Positions 41,740 through 50,177 of a DNA stretch of 64,000 nt are shown in pieces. Position 1 is the first letter of the stretch, and the number at the start of each line of letters is the position of its first letter. The notes below the pieces were generated by a model that was given only the letters and a program-made list of their open reading frames with translations, did no database searches and was not told the origin of the DNA. The translations under genes were made by a program, and so were the position numbers. The stretch lies in NCBI GenBank assembly GCA_965218435.1, contig CBDCKW010000009.1, positions 3,744,001 to 3,808,000 on the forward strand, read 5' to 3'. The DNA comes from Truepera sp. GTDB taxonomy: Bacteria > Deinococcota > Deinococci > Deinococcales > Trueperaceae.

Positions 41740-42561
41740 TCATAACACTGTAGCGCCCCCCGGCTGAAACTGCAGCAAGTCTATCTGAGGTTTATGGGAA
41801 GCGTCATACAAAGCCAATTGAAACCCGGCGTCAACTGCTAACCCTAACGCGTCGTAGCCTGCGGCCCGCGCAGCTTTATCGCCGTAAAGCGCAGCGAAAC
41901 ACATCGGAAAATCAGATTCTTGTAAATAGGGAGCGATAACCTCGCGGCTATAGGCCAGTTCATCTGCGTCCAGCTCAGGTGTATAACCCGCGTAGGCCAG
42001 CACGCGGCCCTCTTGCTGCAGCATTTCTGCCAGCGTGTGCGGCGGGCCGACATAACGGCGGTGCAGCGCCCGGTAAAGTGCGCCCCTGACCTCTCTTTTA
42101 ATGTACGTTTCGGTAGCTTCTGTATCGGTCCAGAGCAAAACGCTGACCCACCTGTCGAATCCGTCCGCTGGGGCAGTTCGGGGACGTGTATCACCTTTGA
42201 CGGTAAAGCGCCACTCTGCGTCGGTAAGCTGCCGCTGCGTCCAGCCGTTCTTTGGTACATCGGCGACGACCAGCATGAGCCTGAAATGGTCAGGAAGCGT
42301 TAAAAAATCAGCAGCAACCTCGTTTGCTACAGTTTGGGCGAGCGTTTCGGCTCCAAGTGCGATAAGGCTGTCCAGATAAGCGGCCTGCCGTTCACCCATG
42401 GGGCTGAATGTTCCCAGAGGTAACGGTTCGCCTCGAGTCTTTTTGCCTCCACGAGAGGTTCCAGAGCTGAGCGAGACATAAGCGTCGAAACGCTCAAAGC
42501 GGTCAGCGATGGTGTAGAGCCCTCTTAAATCCTCGAGGATAGGAGTTAGAACGATGTCCAT
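41740..42561 (-). CDS. Hypothetical protein
   Basis: Long ORF with AAGGAG SD, co-oriented between hemY and mobA; no recognised motif. Confidence 0.7.
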   Translation of the reverse strand: MDIVLTPILEDLRGLYTIADRFERFDAYVSLSSGTSRGGKKTRGEPLPLGTFSPMGERQAAYLDSLIALGAETLAQTVANEVAADFLTLPDHFRLMLVVADVPKNGWTQRQLTDAEWRFTVKGDTRPRTAPADGFDRWVSVLLWTDTEATETYIKREVRGALYRALHRRYVGPPHTLAEMLQQEGRVLAYAGYTPELDADELAYSREVIAPYLQESDFPMCFAALYGDKAARAAGYDALGLAVDAGFQLALYDASHKPQIDLLQFQPGGATVL

Positions 42562-42616
42562 GCTGTCTCCTTCCTTTCAGCTTTCAGCATAAACGAGTTG
42601 CGGGCTTTCTAGCTGC

Positions 42617-43969
42617 TCAGTTCTGTAAGGTCTCGAGCACCGCTTCAGCCGTCTGACGTGCGTCTCTGACAGTATCGTTGACTCCTACCCCGTGATAGGC
42701 GTTGCCGGTTAAAAAGATAGGATACCCAGTGAGGGCACCCTTCGCCCTTTTAACCCTCCCCAAATGCCCCAGTTCATACTGCGGAATCCCTTTAGGCCAC
42801 GGGACGTGTTCGACAAACTCCGGTTCTGCGACAATCCCCATCGTGACGCGCAAATCGCGGCGCACCGCCGCCAGCGCCTCACCCGGCGACAAGGCGGCAA
42901 ACTCGGGGTCAACGCTGCCCCCGGCGATAATCCGTAAAAGTACCCGCCCGTTCGGGGCTTGACCGGGGAAAATTGACGAGCTGTAAAGGACACCCAAAAC
43001 CCGGACGCCTTCACCCCTCGGAACGAGGAACCCGAAGCCGTCTAGGGCGTTGGGTACATCAATCCGGTGGTAACCGAGGCCGAAAACCTGTACGTCGGCG
43101 TGAGGGATGCTGCGCAAAGCTACTGCCGCGTCTGGAGCAAAGGGATTGACGAACTCGGCTGAAATAAATGACGGGGTAGCTAGCACGACAGCATCAGCTT
43201 CTAAGCGTTCGCCCGAAACCGTAATCTCGAGAGCTTGTTCGGTAGGTCTAAGCTGCTGCACCGTAACGCCTGTCTCGAGCCTCCCGGTAAACTTTTCCTG
43301 TAACGTTTCAACCAGCACCCCACTCCCACCTGGAAAGCTCGTCAGGCGTGTGGGTTGATCAGGCTCAGAACTTTCTTTAGCTGCCCGTTGCTGACTAATT
43401 AAACCTCGGACTAGACTGCCGTACTGACGCTCGAGCGCCCGAAATCTCGGAAAAAGGGCGTCTAAACTGAGCTTTTTTGCGTCGCCTGAGGTGATGCCTA
43501 AAACGAACGGTCCCGCAAACACGTCGGCAACACCGCGCCCGAAGTGCCGCGCCATAAAGTCATACACCGTTTCCTCGCCGCTGTGCGCGCGGCCCAGTAT
43601 AGGTTCGGCGGCGGCGCGAAGTTTCTCGGACGGGAGAAGCAAGTTAGACGTTAAAAAAGCAGGCGGTGAGGCGGGCAGTTTTTGTAGTGCGCCGTTTTTG
43701 TACAAAAAGCGGTATTTGGCAACCTCGGCAACCTCACGCAGCCCCAACCCTAACTTACGCGCTAGTTCAAGCGTGTCAGGCACACTCGGCAAAAAGCCGT
43801 TGGCTGCCCAGTCCACCGTGTAGCCGTCCCTAAAACTCGAGCGGACTTTACCGCCCGCCTCGGGGTCTTTCTCGAGCACCGTAAGCTTCAGCTCGGGCCG
43901 CGCCTGCTGCAAAAAAAAAGCGGTGCTAAGACCCGCGAGTCCGCCCCCGATAATGACAATCTGCTTCAC
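42617..43969 (-). CDS. hemY: Protoporphyrinogen/coproporphyrinogen oxidase (HemY family)
   Basis: IIGGGLAGL FAD motif, GFGFLVP, IPQY, GNAYHGVGVND. Start revised to GTG 43969, 6 nt after a TATCCT -10. Confidence 0.9.
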   Translation of the reverse strand: MKQIVIIGGGLAGLSTAFFLQQARPELKLTVLEKDPEAGGKVRSSFRDGYTVDWAANGFLPSVPDTLELARKLGLGLREVAEVAKYRFLYKNGALQKLPASPPAFLTSNLLLPSEKLRAAAEPILGRAHSGEETVYDFMARHFGRGVADVFAGPFVLGITSGDAKKLSLDALFPRFRALERQYGSLVRGLISQQRAAKESSEPDQPTRLTSFPGGSGVLVETLQEKFTGRLETGVTVQQLRPTEQALEITVSGERLEADAVVLATPSFISAEFVNPFAPDAAVALRSIPHADVQVFGLGYHRIDVPNALDGFGFLVPRGEGVRVLGVLYSSSIFPGQAPNGRVLLRIIAGGSVDPEFAALSPGEALAAVRRDLRVTMGIVAEPEFVEHVPWPKGIPQYELGHLGRVKRAKGALTGYPIFLTGNAYHGVGVNDTVRDARQTAEAVLETLQN

Positions 43970-44101
43970 CCATCCAGGATACTCCGCAGCAAGTAGCATC
44001 TGGGAAGTGACGCCTTCAGTTTGAGATTTACTGATCAATAGGCGCGTTCCTAAAATGACAGTTGTAGCCGGTACTCGCGGATATGCTGGCGGGAAAAAGC
44101 C

Positions 44102-44131
44102 AAAAAACAACCCGGAGCCTTATGCTCCGGG
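44102..44131 (-). terminator. Rho-independent terminator
   Basis: Minus strand CCCGGAGC-ATAAG-GCTCCGGG-TTGTTTTTT. Confidence 0.85.
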
Positions 44132-44261
44132 CTGGGTACCCATCCGGTTCTGAGGATAACTGATGCCACGCCTCAAAACGGAACTATGGTCAGTTACCCT
44201 AGACGGGTACCTCCACTGGTCTGTTTCTTTTGTAAAATTAGGACCACCTCCTTTCTGTGGT
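44102..44261 (-). ncRNA. Candidate structured small RNA (~160 nt) with a 16S-3'-tail-complementary 5' end
   Basis: -10 TACAAT at 44273-44268; 5' hairpin ACCAC-AGAAAGGAG-GTGGT; two stacked 11-bp helices with G-U pairs (44135-44211); intrinsic terminator at 44102-44131. Confidence 0.6.
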
Positions 44262-44544
44262 AAAAAGATTGTACAGCAAAAAAGTCCGGGGGATGTGTTA
44301 TTCATTACGTTTTGGTGGTGAGGTCGGTTTAGGTTTACAAAAGGCTCGAGCTATCCCGTCTCGGACGGAAGTTCTCCGGTAGAGGTCGCTCTGATTGTAC
44401 CTAGGTATATTCCGTAAATCTATGTATAAAAGCCGTAGATAAAGGCTGTGCTGAAGCTCAGCCCTAATCAGCCTGCAACCGGCGCGGCTGTCGGGTAAGG
44501 CTCGAGGACATCTGCCCCGGTTCGTGCGCTCTATACTTTTGTCA

Positions 44545-45177
44545 GTGAAGCTTTCTGTCCGTCAACTCTGGACGCTCGTCGTCGTTGGACTAGCCGCGGC
44601 CGCTCTAGCAGGGTTTGCTTATGTCCAGTTACGAAACGTGCAGTTGCAACGCGTGGGTACGCCGCAAGACCAGCTCGAGTATTACGGCACGCCGCTCGAC
44701 ACGCCCGTTCAGGTTGCGCCGTTTACCCTGACCGACGCCAAAGGCAAACGGGTGACGCTTGCCAAGTGGCGTGGTGACCTCGTGCTGGTCTTTTTCGGTT
44801 TTACTCGCTGCCCCGACGTGTGCCCCCTGACGCTCGGGCGGTTGGCTAAAGTTTACGAAGATTTAGGCCAGCCCAGGGACTTGCAGGTTGTGATGGTCAC
44901 CGTTGACCCACAGCACGACACGCCGAAGCTGACCCAAAAGTATGCCGCTGGTTTTAACCCCTATTTCGTGGGTTTGGCTGGCAGCAGCAGCGACATCGCC
45001 AAGGCTGCAAAGACCTTTTTTGTCGGCTACCGTGGGTTAAAGAGCAAGGACTTCATCCATACCGATTCAGTGGCGCTCTTAGACCGTGAGGGCAAGATGC
45101 GGTTTGTTTACGGTCAAGATAAGGTCGCGCGGCTCGGTGAAGATTTGCCTAAGCTGCTCGCCTCGAGCGAGTTTTAG
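44545..45177 (+). CDS. SCO1/SenC-family copper chaperone
   Basis: N-terminal TM, FFGFTRCPDVCP, VDPQHDT, conserved His (FIHT). Start GTG 44545 after TATACT. Confidence 0.92.
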   Translation: MKLSVRQLWTLVVVGLAAAALAGFAYVQLRNVQLQRVGTPQDQLEYYGTPLDTPVQVAPFTLTDAKGKRVTLAKWRGDLVLVFFGFTRCPDVCPLTLGRLAKVYEDLGQPRDLQVVMVTVDPQHDTPKLTQKYAAGFNPYFVGLAGSSSDIAKAAKTFFVGYRGLKSKDFIHTDSVALLDREGKMRFVYGQDKVARLGEDLPKLLASSEF

Positions 45178-45346
45178 ACTGTGTTGAAGTTCTAAGCCTA
45201 ACCAGCAGCGTTATTCTTGCTTCTTTCATACGACGCGCCGTAAAAGAATGCAGAAATCGGTATCCTACAATCTACAAAAAACGGCGTCTCTTGCGCACGC
45301 AAAACATTATCGCAAACGCAAAAGCTGGAACGGCCTGGTAACACCG

Positions 45347-46276
45347 TTACAAAAGCTTGTTTAGTTCTTCGGCGACCGTCGGGCGTTTGAACGTAAAGTC
45401 TGCGCTCACCAGTTTTGTCGGAAGTACCTTTGCGCTCGCCAGAATGAGCGCGTCGGCGAGGCCGCCGAGCGCAATATGGAGGGCAAGAGCCGGAACCGGA
45501 ACGAAGGCGGGGCGTGAAAGTTTGGCCGCTGCTCGCCGGGTCAGTGTAAGCTGCCGCACCGGTTCGGGCGCAGTAAAGTTGTAGACCCCTTCGGCAGTGC
45601 TGATTTCAACCAAGAAGAGGATCGCCCGCGCGAGGTCGTCTGCGTCAATCCACGGAAACCACTGCTGACCGCTGCCAAGTGGCCCGCCGACAAAGAGCTT
45701 GATGGGCAAAAGTAGTTTTTGCCACGCTTCGGCCTCTTTAGCGAGGACGACGCCGAAACGCCCGGTCACCAGCCGCGCCCCGCCTGCATCTTCGGGGGAA
45801 GCTTCCCAAACTCTACAGATGTCACTGAGCGGCCCGTCGCCGCTAGGGGAACGTTCGGTCAAGGTCTCGTCGCCCCGGTCTCCGTAGTAGCCGGTTGCCG
45901 AAGCTTGAAACCAAACTTCAGCGGGTTGCTCTGCGCGTCTTTGAGCGAGTAAGAGTGCCCTGGCACTTTGAACACGGCTCTCGAGGATCAGCTGTCGCTG
46001 CGCCTTGCCGAGCCTACCTTCAGAGATCGAAGACCCGGCCAAATTGACGATGGCGTGTGCGCCGGAGACCGCCTTGGTAAGCGGCTCGAGCGCAGCTTCA
46101 TCACTCTGACTCGCGGCTTCAGGGTCCCAGGTTATCCAGTGACCGCTAGGGGACGTTCGGCCACTGCTCCGGGTAAGTAGTCGCAGGTCGTAGTTCGCTT
46201 TAGCAGCGTCTACAAGGTGTGAACCCACAAGGCCGGAAGCGCCGGAAATCACGAGGATGGGTTTGGGCGTCGTCAT
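45347..46276 (-). CDS. TIGR01777-family (YfcH/SDR39U1-like) NAD-dependent epimerase
   Basis: ISGASGLVG, VNLAG, ASATGYYG, GGPLGSGQQWFPWI. Confidence 0.88.
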   Translation of the reverse strand: MTTPKPILVISGASGLVGSHLVDAAKANYDLRLLTRSSGRTSPSGHWITWDPEAASQSDEAALEPLTKAVSGAHAIVNLAGSSISEGRLGKAQRQLILESRVQSARALLLAQRRAEQPAEVWFQASATGYYGDRGDETLTERSPSGDGPLSDICRVWEASPEDAGGARLVTGRFGVVLAKEAEAWQKLLLPIKLFVGGPLGSGQQWFPWIDADDLARAILFLVEISTAEGVYNFTAPEPVRQLTLTRRAAAKLSRPAFVPVPALALHIALGGLADALILASAKVLPTKLVSADFTFKRPTVAEELNKLL

Positions 46277-46347
46277 GGGTCAGGGTAGCGCCGCCGGTAC
46301 TGACAGACTGCGCTGTACCTGACTAATACCTACTGCTTACGTGCTCG

Positions 46348-46848
46348 TTACCGTCCGGCGAGCTGTTTGATGAGGGTCGGCGTCAGGGCACTATGAAGTT
46401 CCAAGCGGCCCGCTTTAAGTGGCCCGTCTAACCGAACGAGCATCCCTTTGCGAAAACGTATCCCCATCTGCGACTCTGCGCCGCAGAGCAGATAGCTTGT
46501 CAGGCCGCTCAAGTACGGTTCATGGCCGACGAGCGCGGCTGCCTTATCGGATTTTTTTAAGCTGACGCGAAGCGCGTCTAACACGCCGGGATAATCGTCG
46601 CCGGTAAGTTCAGCGAGAAGCTCACAGCGTCCGCCCCGAACATGCGGCGTCAGCGGCGCGGCAGTTTCAGCGGCGCGGGTATAAGGTGAGGAAAAAAGCC
46701 GGTCAAAGCGGATACCTAGTGTAGCGAGGGCTTGGGCAAGGGTTTCAGCTTGTTTTTGCCCTTTACGTGACAGGGGCCGCAGGTGGTCATCAGGGTCGTC
46801 GTGATGCGCTTCGCCCGCATGAGCGTGACGGATCAGATAGAGCGTCAT
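46348..46848 (-). CDS. sixA: Phosphohistidine phosphatase SixA-like
   Basis: LYLIRHAHA, RPLS, SSPYTRAAETA, LVGHEP. Confidence 0.85.
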   Translation of the reverse strand: MTLYLIRHAHAGEAHHDDPDDHLRPLSRKGQKQAETLAQALATLGIRFDRLFSSPYTRAAETAAPLTPHVRGGRCELLAELTGDDYPGVLDALRVSLKKSDKAAALVGHEPYLSGLTSYLLCGAESQMGIRFRKGMLVRLDGPLKAGRLELHSALTPTLIKQLAGR

Positions 46849-47495
46849 GACAGTGATGGTTCCGAAGGCAGCTGTTCTAAAAGCGTGAGCGCGAGGGTGA
46901 GTTTGTCCTCCGCGTGCGGCACCAGACCGGGTTGGTTGAGGGCTTGGGCGAACGTCTCCAGGTCACGCTCAGGAGTTTCGGGTAAGGCTTCAAGCTCGAG
47001 TTCACGAAATCTCACGCTCTGCTCGCCGCGCGTGCTCGTCACTTCGTCAAAGGTCAGTTCGGCCTGCGGTTGTCCGCCCTTAAGGAGCAGATACCGCTGG
47101 CGTTGGGTCGCCAATTCTAAAAGCGGAGCCAGCGTGTTGACGACGCCCAAGGGCTCGAGCTTGGCTGAAATCTCAGGAGGCCAAAAGCCGCCATCAGAAA
47201 AGTTGCGGCAAGGTAGCTCGAGTTCTTCGCGGGTATGCAGGCTTCCGTCTATTACGCCCGCACCCTTATACGTCGCTAGGGTCTGCTCACCGTTTTGGTC
47301 TTTAAGGTGCCTGACCCGCAGCGCGACGCCCGTATGCAAAAGCGTCAGGCTGGGGGTGTCGTAGTAAACATCTCGCTGAGTTCGGCTGCCTTTGGGTTGT
47401 AACGCAACGCCTAGCGCCGCGTACTGCTTGGTCAACTGCCGCACGTCGGGAAAATCTCCGTCAACCTTGAATTTATGTTCGCGTTCAAACGCCAT
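46845..47495 (-). CDS. CYTH-domain (triphosphate tunnel) protein
   Basis: EREHKF, DVYYDTP, ALRVR, REELE, ELELE; ATGA overlap with sixA. Confidence 0.9.
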   Translation of the reverse strand: MAFEREHKFKVDGDFPDVRQLTKQYAALGVALQPKGSRTQRDVYYDTPSLTLLHTGVALRVRHLKDQNGEQTLATYKGAGVIDGSLHTREELELPCRNFSDGGFWPPEISAKLEPLGVVNTLAPLLELATQRQRYLLLKGGQPQAELTFDEVTSTRGEQSVRFRELELEALPETPERDLETFAQALNQPGLVPHAEDKLTLALTLLEQLPSEPSLS

Positions 47496-47544
47496 GCTCT
47501 ACTTTAGCCCTATCGGAAGGTGTCGCCGCTTGCATCGGGAACGC

Positions 47545-47598
47545 TTGACACGCGCACGGCGGCTACCTATACTGAACTATACCTTAATTGCTTAGGTA
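47545..47598 (+). promoter_or_regulatory. Strong sigma70-type promoter of lexA with downstream palindrome
   Basis: TTGACA-17 nt-TATACT; TACCT-N9-AGGTA at 47580-47598 over the predicted start site. Confidence 0.75.
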
Positions 47599-47634
47599 AA
47601 TAACGGCGAGTGAAACGACGGGGGATGAACGAAG

Positions 47635-48258
47635 GTGAAGGTCATGAGCGAGCTACCCAAAATGCAGCGAAAAGTTTACGAGCGCCTCTGCGAGGTTAAA
47701 GAGCGCACCGGTAGAGTGCCAGATTTAGCCGTTTTTGCCCGTGAGCTCAACATCCACTACGTCTCGCTGCGGCAACACCTCGAGGCCCTCCACCGCAAAG
47801 GCTTTTTGGTGTTTGAGAGCCGTGGCCGTGGCCAGTCGCCACGTTTGGAACTGCCCCTCAGAGCGACCGGTGTCCCGGTGTTAGGGAGCATCCCCGCCGG
47901 GCCTTTAAGCGAAGCGCTACAAGAGCCCGAGGGCTTTTTGCCGCTCAGCAACGCCCGCGAGCAGTTTGCGCTGCGCGTCAGCGGTAACTCGATGGCCGAC
48001 CTGATTCAAGACGGCGACATCGTGTTGTTCCGTCAAGGGACGCCCGAGCGGAGCGGCGAAATCTGCGCGGTCCGCGTCGAGAGTAGCGAAGTTACGCTCA
48101 AGTATGTGGATAGGCTCGAGCCCAAAACCATCGCCCTGCGGCCACATAACCCGCAGTATCCAACGCTGGCTGTCCCCGCCCGCGACGTTCATATCGAAGG
48201 CGTTTACGTCGGTTTAGTCCGCGGTGAACTTATTGGAGCCCTTTATGAAGACTGTTAG
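47635..48258 (+). CDS. lexA: LexA-family repressor (winged HTH plus S24 peptidase)
   Basis: HLEALHRKGFL, VPVLGSIPAG (Ala-Gly cleavage site), LRVSGNSM (Ser), VTLK (Lys). Confidence 0.88.
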   Translation: MKVMSELPKMQRKVYERLCEVKERTGRVPDLAVFARELNIHYVSLRQHLEALHRKGFLVFESRGRGQSPRLELPLRATGVPVLGSIPAGPLSEALQEPEGFLPLSNAREQFALRVSGNSMADLIQDGDIVLFRQGTPERSGEICAVRVESSEVTLKYVDRLEPKTIALRPHNPQYPTLAVPARDVHIEGVYVGLVRGELIGALYEDC

Positions 48259-48370
48259 AAACGGCTAGAACGAGTGCCCGCGCCATCCGCCAAGATTTGC
48301 GGGCCTCACCCTGATCACGTCCTCGTACAGCTAAATCCGCTGGTATCCGACTCGAATCTAAGGAGAACGT

Positions 48371-48727
48371 ATGAACCATCCTGTCTCAACCTTTAGGGCG
48401 CTGTCAAGTGCGTTTCAGCACGACGCAGCCGGTCAGACCGTAGATATCTTAGCCGCTGAACTCGCCGCGCAAGTCGGGCGAGAGCGTCACCCACTTCTTA
48501 TCGGTCTCGTTCACCGCGACGCCGTGCGCAAGTTTTACGGCCTCGTCTACCTGCTTGACGGCTACGGCCTGACGCTCCGGCAGCGGCACCGCGAGCAAGG
48601 GGACGGTGTGTTCGTTTACGCTGAGCGCAAAGGCGACGCGTACGCTGAGTTTGATGGCGCAGTTGTTTTGGAGCGTGTCACCGAGCCCGCCACCGAAGCG
48701 CCTTACGTGTTCCCGCAGGCAGCCTGA
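48371..48727 (+). CDS. Hypothetical protein (118 aa, ends in -QAA)
   Basis: TAAGGAG SD with 5-nt spacing; co-oriented with lexA. Confidence 0.75.
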   Translation: MNHPVSTFRALSSAFQHDAAGQTVDILAAELAAQVGRERHPLLIGLVHRDAVRKFYGLVYLLDGYGLTLRQRHREQGDGVFVYAERKGDAYAEFDGAVVLERVTEPATEAPYVFPQAA

Positions 48728-49233
48728 GATAATTACAGGCTGATTCTATCGGCCTCCGTCTGCAGCTCAGACTGAGTTTTTTTGACTGACTTTTGCTGCT
48801 CTCTCGCTCTGTCGGCTCCAAATACGTCGCGTGAGATTCTTCGATAAACGCTGAAAGCTGCTCGTAACGTGCGCAAATTTCGGGGTACTTGATGAGAAGA
48901 CTTTTTGTACGCACGAGCTTTTGGGTAAGTTCCTCGAGCTCACGGCTCTTTTCAGGGCGAGGTTCGTATGATTCAAGCGAAACAGGTAAAACCATAACGC
49001 CAAGTCGCTGGAGAACTCACGAAGTGCCTGCGCTTTTTCTTCCCACACCTATTTTGTCAGTGAACGTCTGAACTTGCGCTTCTCGAGCCCGTTTTGCGTA
49101 ATGAATGACGCAACGAAACCGATGACTGTACCCATCAACGATGAAATAACCGGGTTACCAAAAGCTGAGAGTAGCCACTGAACCACGGTTTAGTTTAGAC
49201 CGCACCGCTTACCTAGAAAGAGAGATTTTAGAA

Positions 49234-49986
49234 ATGGAAACTAACATAAACTGGGCTTCGCTTATCGAAAAACTTTCTGAACCTTTTCCCGTAAACGTCG
49301 TTTCGTGGCGGGCAGGGCGAACCTCAAAAGACGGGAAGCGGGCACAAGCACTCCCTTACGCTGAACCAAGAGCTTATGAAGACCGCCTCAATCAGCTTTG
49401 CCCCGGCGACTGGTCGGTTTTATTCAAGCCTTGGGGCGAGCACAAAGTCATCTGTGAACTGACGCTTTTTGGCGTCGTTCGTTCCTCTACCGGAGAGTAC
49501 GAAGAGAACACCAAAAATACCATTGCTCAAGGAACTGTCGCGGAAGCGCAGGCGTTCAAACGGGCGTGTTCCAAGTTCGGCCTGGGCCGTTATCTCTATG
49601 ACCTACCGGTTTCTTGGGTCGGTTACGACGAGAGTACCCGTCGCCTGACCGAAACCCCGAATTTGCCCGTGCCCGTCCGCGCAGCACCAAAACCCCCGGT
49701 AGCTGCGGTGATAGACGAACGCGCGACGGACGAACGTGCCGCCGAACGCGTAACCGAATCCACCGGCCCGCTACTCTCGGTAAGGCGTGCTGACGCGATG
49801 GGGCGTGAGCTCGAGAAACTCGGGTTTTCAAGCCGCGAGCAGCGCCGACTCGCCGAGCGAGTTTTAGGTCATGAAGTTGCCGCCTTTTCCGGTTTGACCG
49901 AAGCCGAGGCGCTCGAGGTCTGGAACGTCGCGCGGCGTTCGCCGCCCAAAGCCGCTCCGCGTTCGGCGCACGCGGCAGGGCTCTAG
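49234..49986 (+). CDS. ddrA: Rad52/Rad22-family ssDNA-annealing protein, DdrA-like
   Basis: L.EPFP..VSW, DRLNQLCPGDWS, AFKRACSKFGLGRYLYDLP..W match the DdrA/Rad52_Rad22 pattern. Confidence 0.82.
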   Translation: METNINWASLIEKLSEPFPVNVVSWRAGRTSKDGKRAQALPYAEPRAYEDRLNQLCPGDWSVLFKPWGEHKVICELTLFGVVRSSTGEYEENTKNTIAQGTVAEAQAFKRACSKFGLGRYLYDLPVSWVGYDESTRRLTETPNLPVPVRAAPKPPVAAVIDERATDERAAERVTESTGPLLSVRRADAMGRELEKLGFSSREQRRLAERVLGHEVAAFSGLTEAEALEVWNVARRSPPKAAPRSAHAAGL

Positions 49987-50135
49987 TGCCTGCAGTGAAG
50001 TTGCCGCCGCCCGAAACTGAGGCGGCGGAGGTTCGTTACCGCTGCCCGAAGTGTCGGCTCGAGGTCGGTTTGATGTTAAAAGCGTCGGTCAGCTGTAGCC
50101 GCTGCGGACGGGCGATGAAACGCGTTGAGAAGTAA
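49986..50135 (+). CDS. 49-aa zinc-ribbon micro-protein (not in the ORF track)
   Basis: GTG overlaps the ddrA TAG; MPAVKLPPPETEAAEVRYRCPKCRLEVGLMLKASVSCSRCGRAMKRVEK with CxxC-x13-CxxC. Confidence 0.7.
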   Translation: MPAVKLPPPETEAAEVRYRCPKCRLEVGLMLKASVSCSRCGRAMKRVEK

Positions 50136-50140
50136 CGTAC

Positions 50141-50168
50141 TGGGAAGTGGGAAGTGGGAAGTGGGAAG
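50141..50168 (+). repeat. 7-bp tandem repeat (TGGGAAG)x4, G-quadruplex motif
   Basis: GGG-AAGT-GGG-AAGT-GGG-AAGT-GGG read directly. Confidence 0.9.
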
Positions 50169-50177
50169 TGAGGACCC

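Noticed and set aside
43911..43919. T9 tract in hemY as a phase-variation site
   Set aside because: In frame (Ala-Phe-Phe-Leu) in a housekeeping gene.
43970..44110. 47-codon N-terminal extension of hemY
   Set aside because: It precedes the FAD motif and starts within a terminator; a -10 box sits 6 nt before GTG 43969.
44241..44256. 16S rRNA gene or fragment
   Set aside because: Only the 16-nt anti-SD tail matches; the flanks show no rRNA sequence.
44120..44305. 61-aa ORF on the minus strand
   Set aside because: No SD, it spans a -10 box and ends inside the terminator stem; better explained by the RNA candidate.
48678..49071. Overlapping short ORFs between the 118-aa gene and ddrA
   Set aside because: Competing frames with no motif or good SD; possibly a decayed gene, but unsupported.
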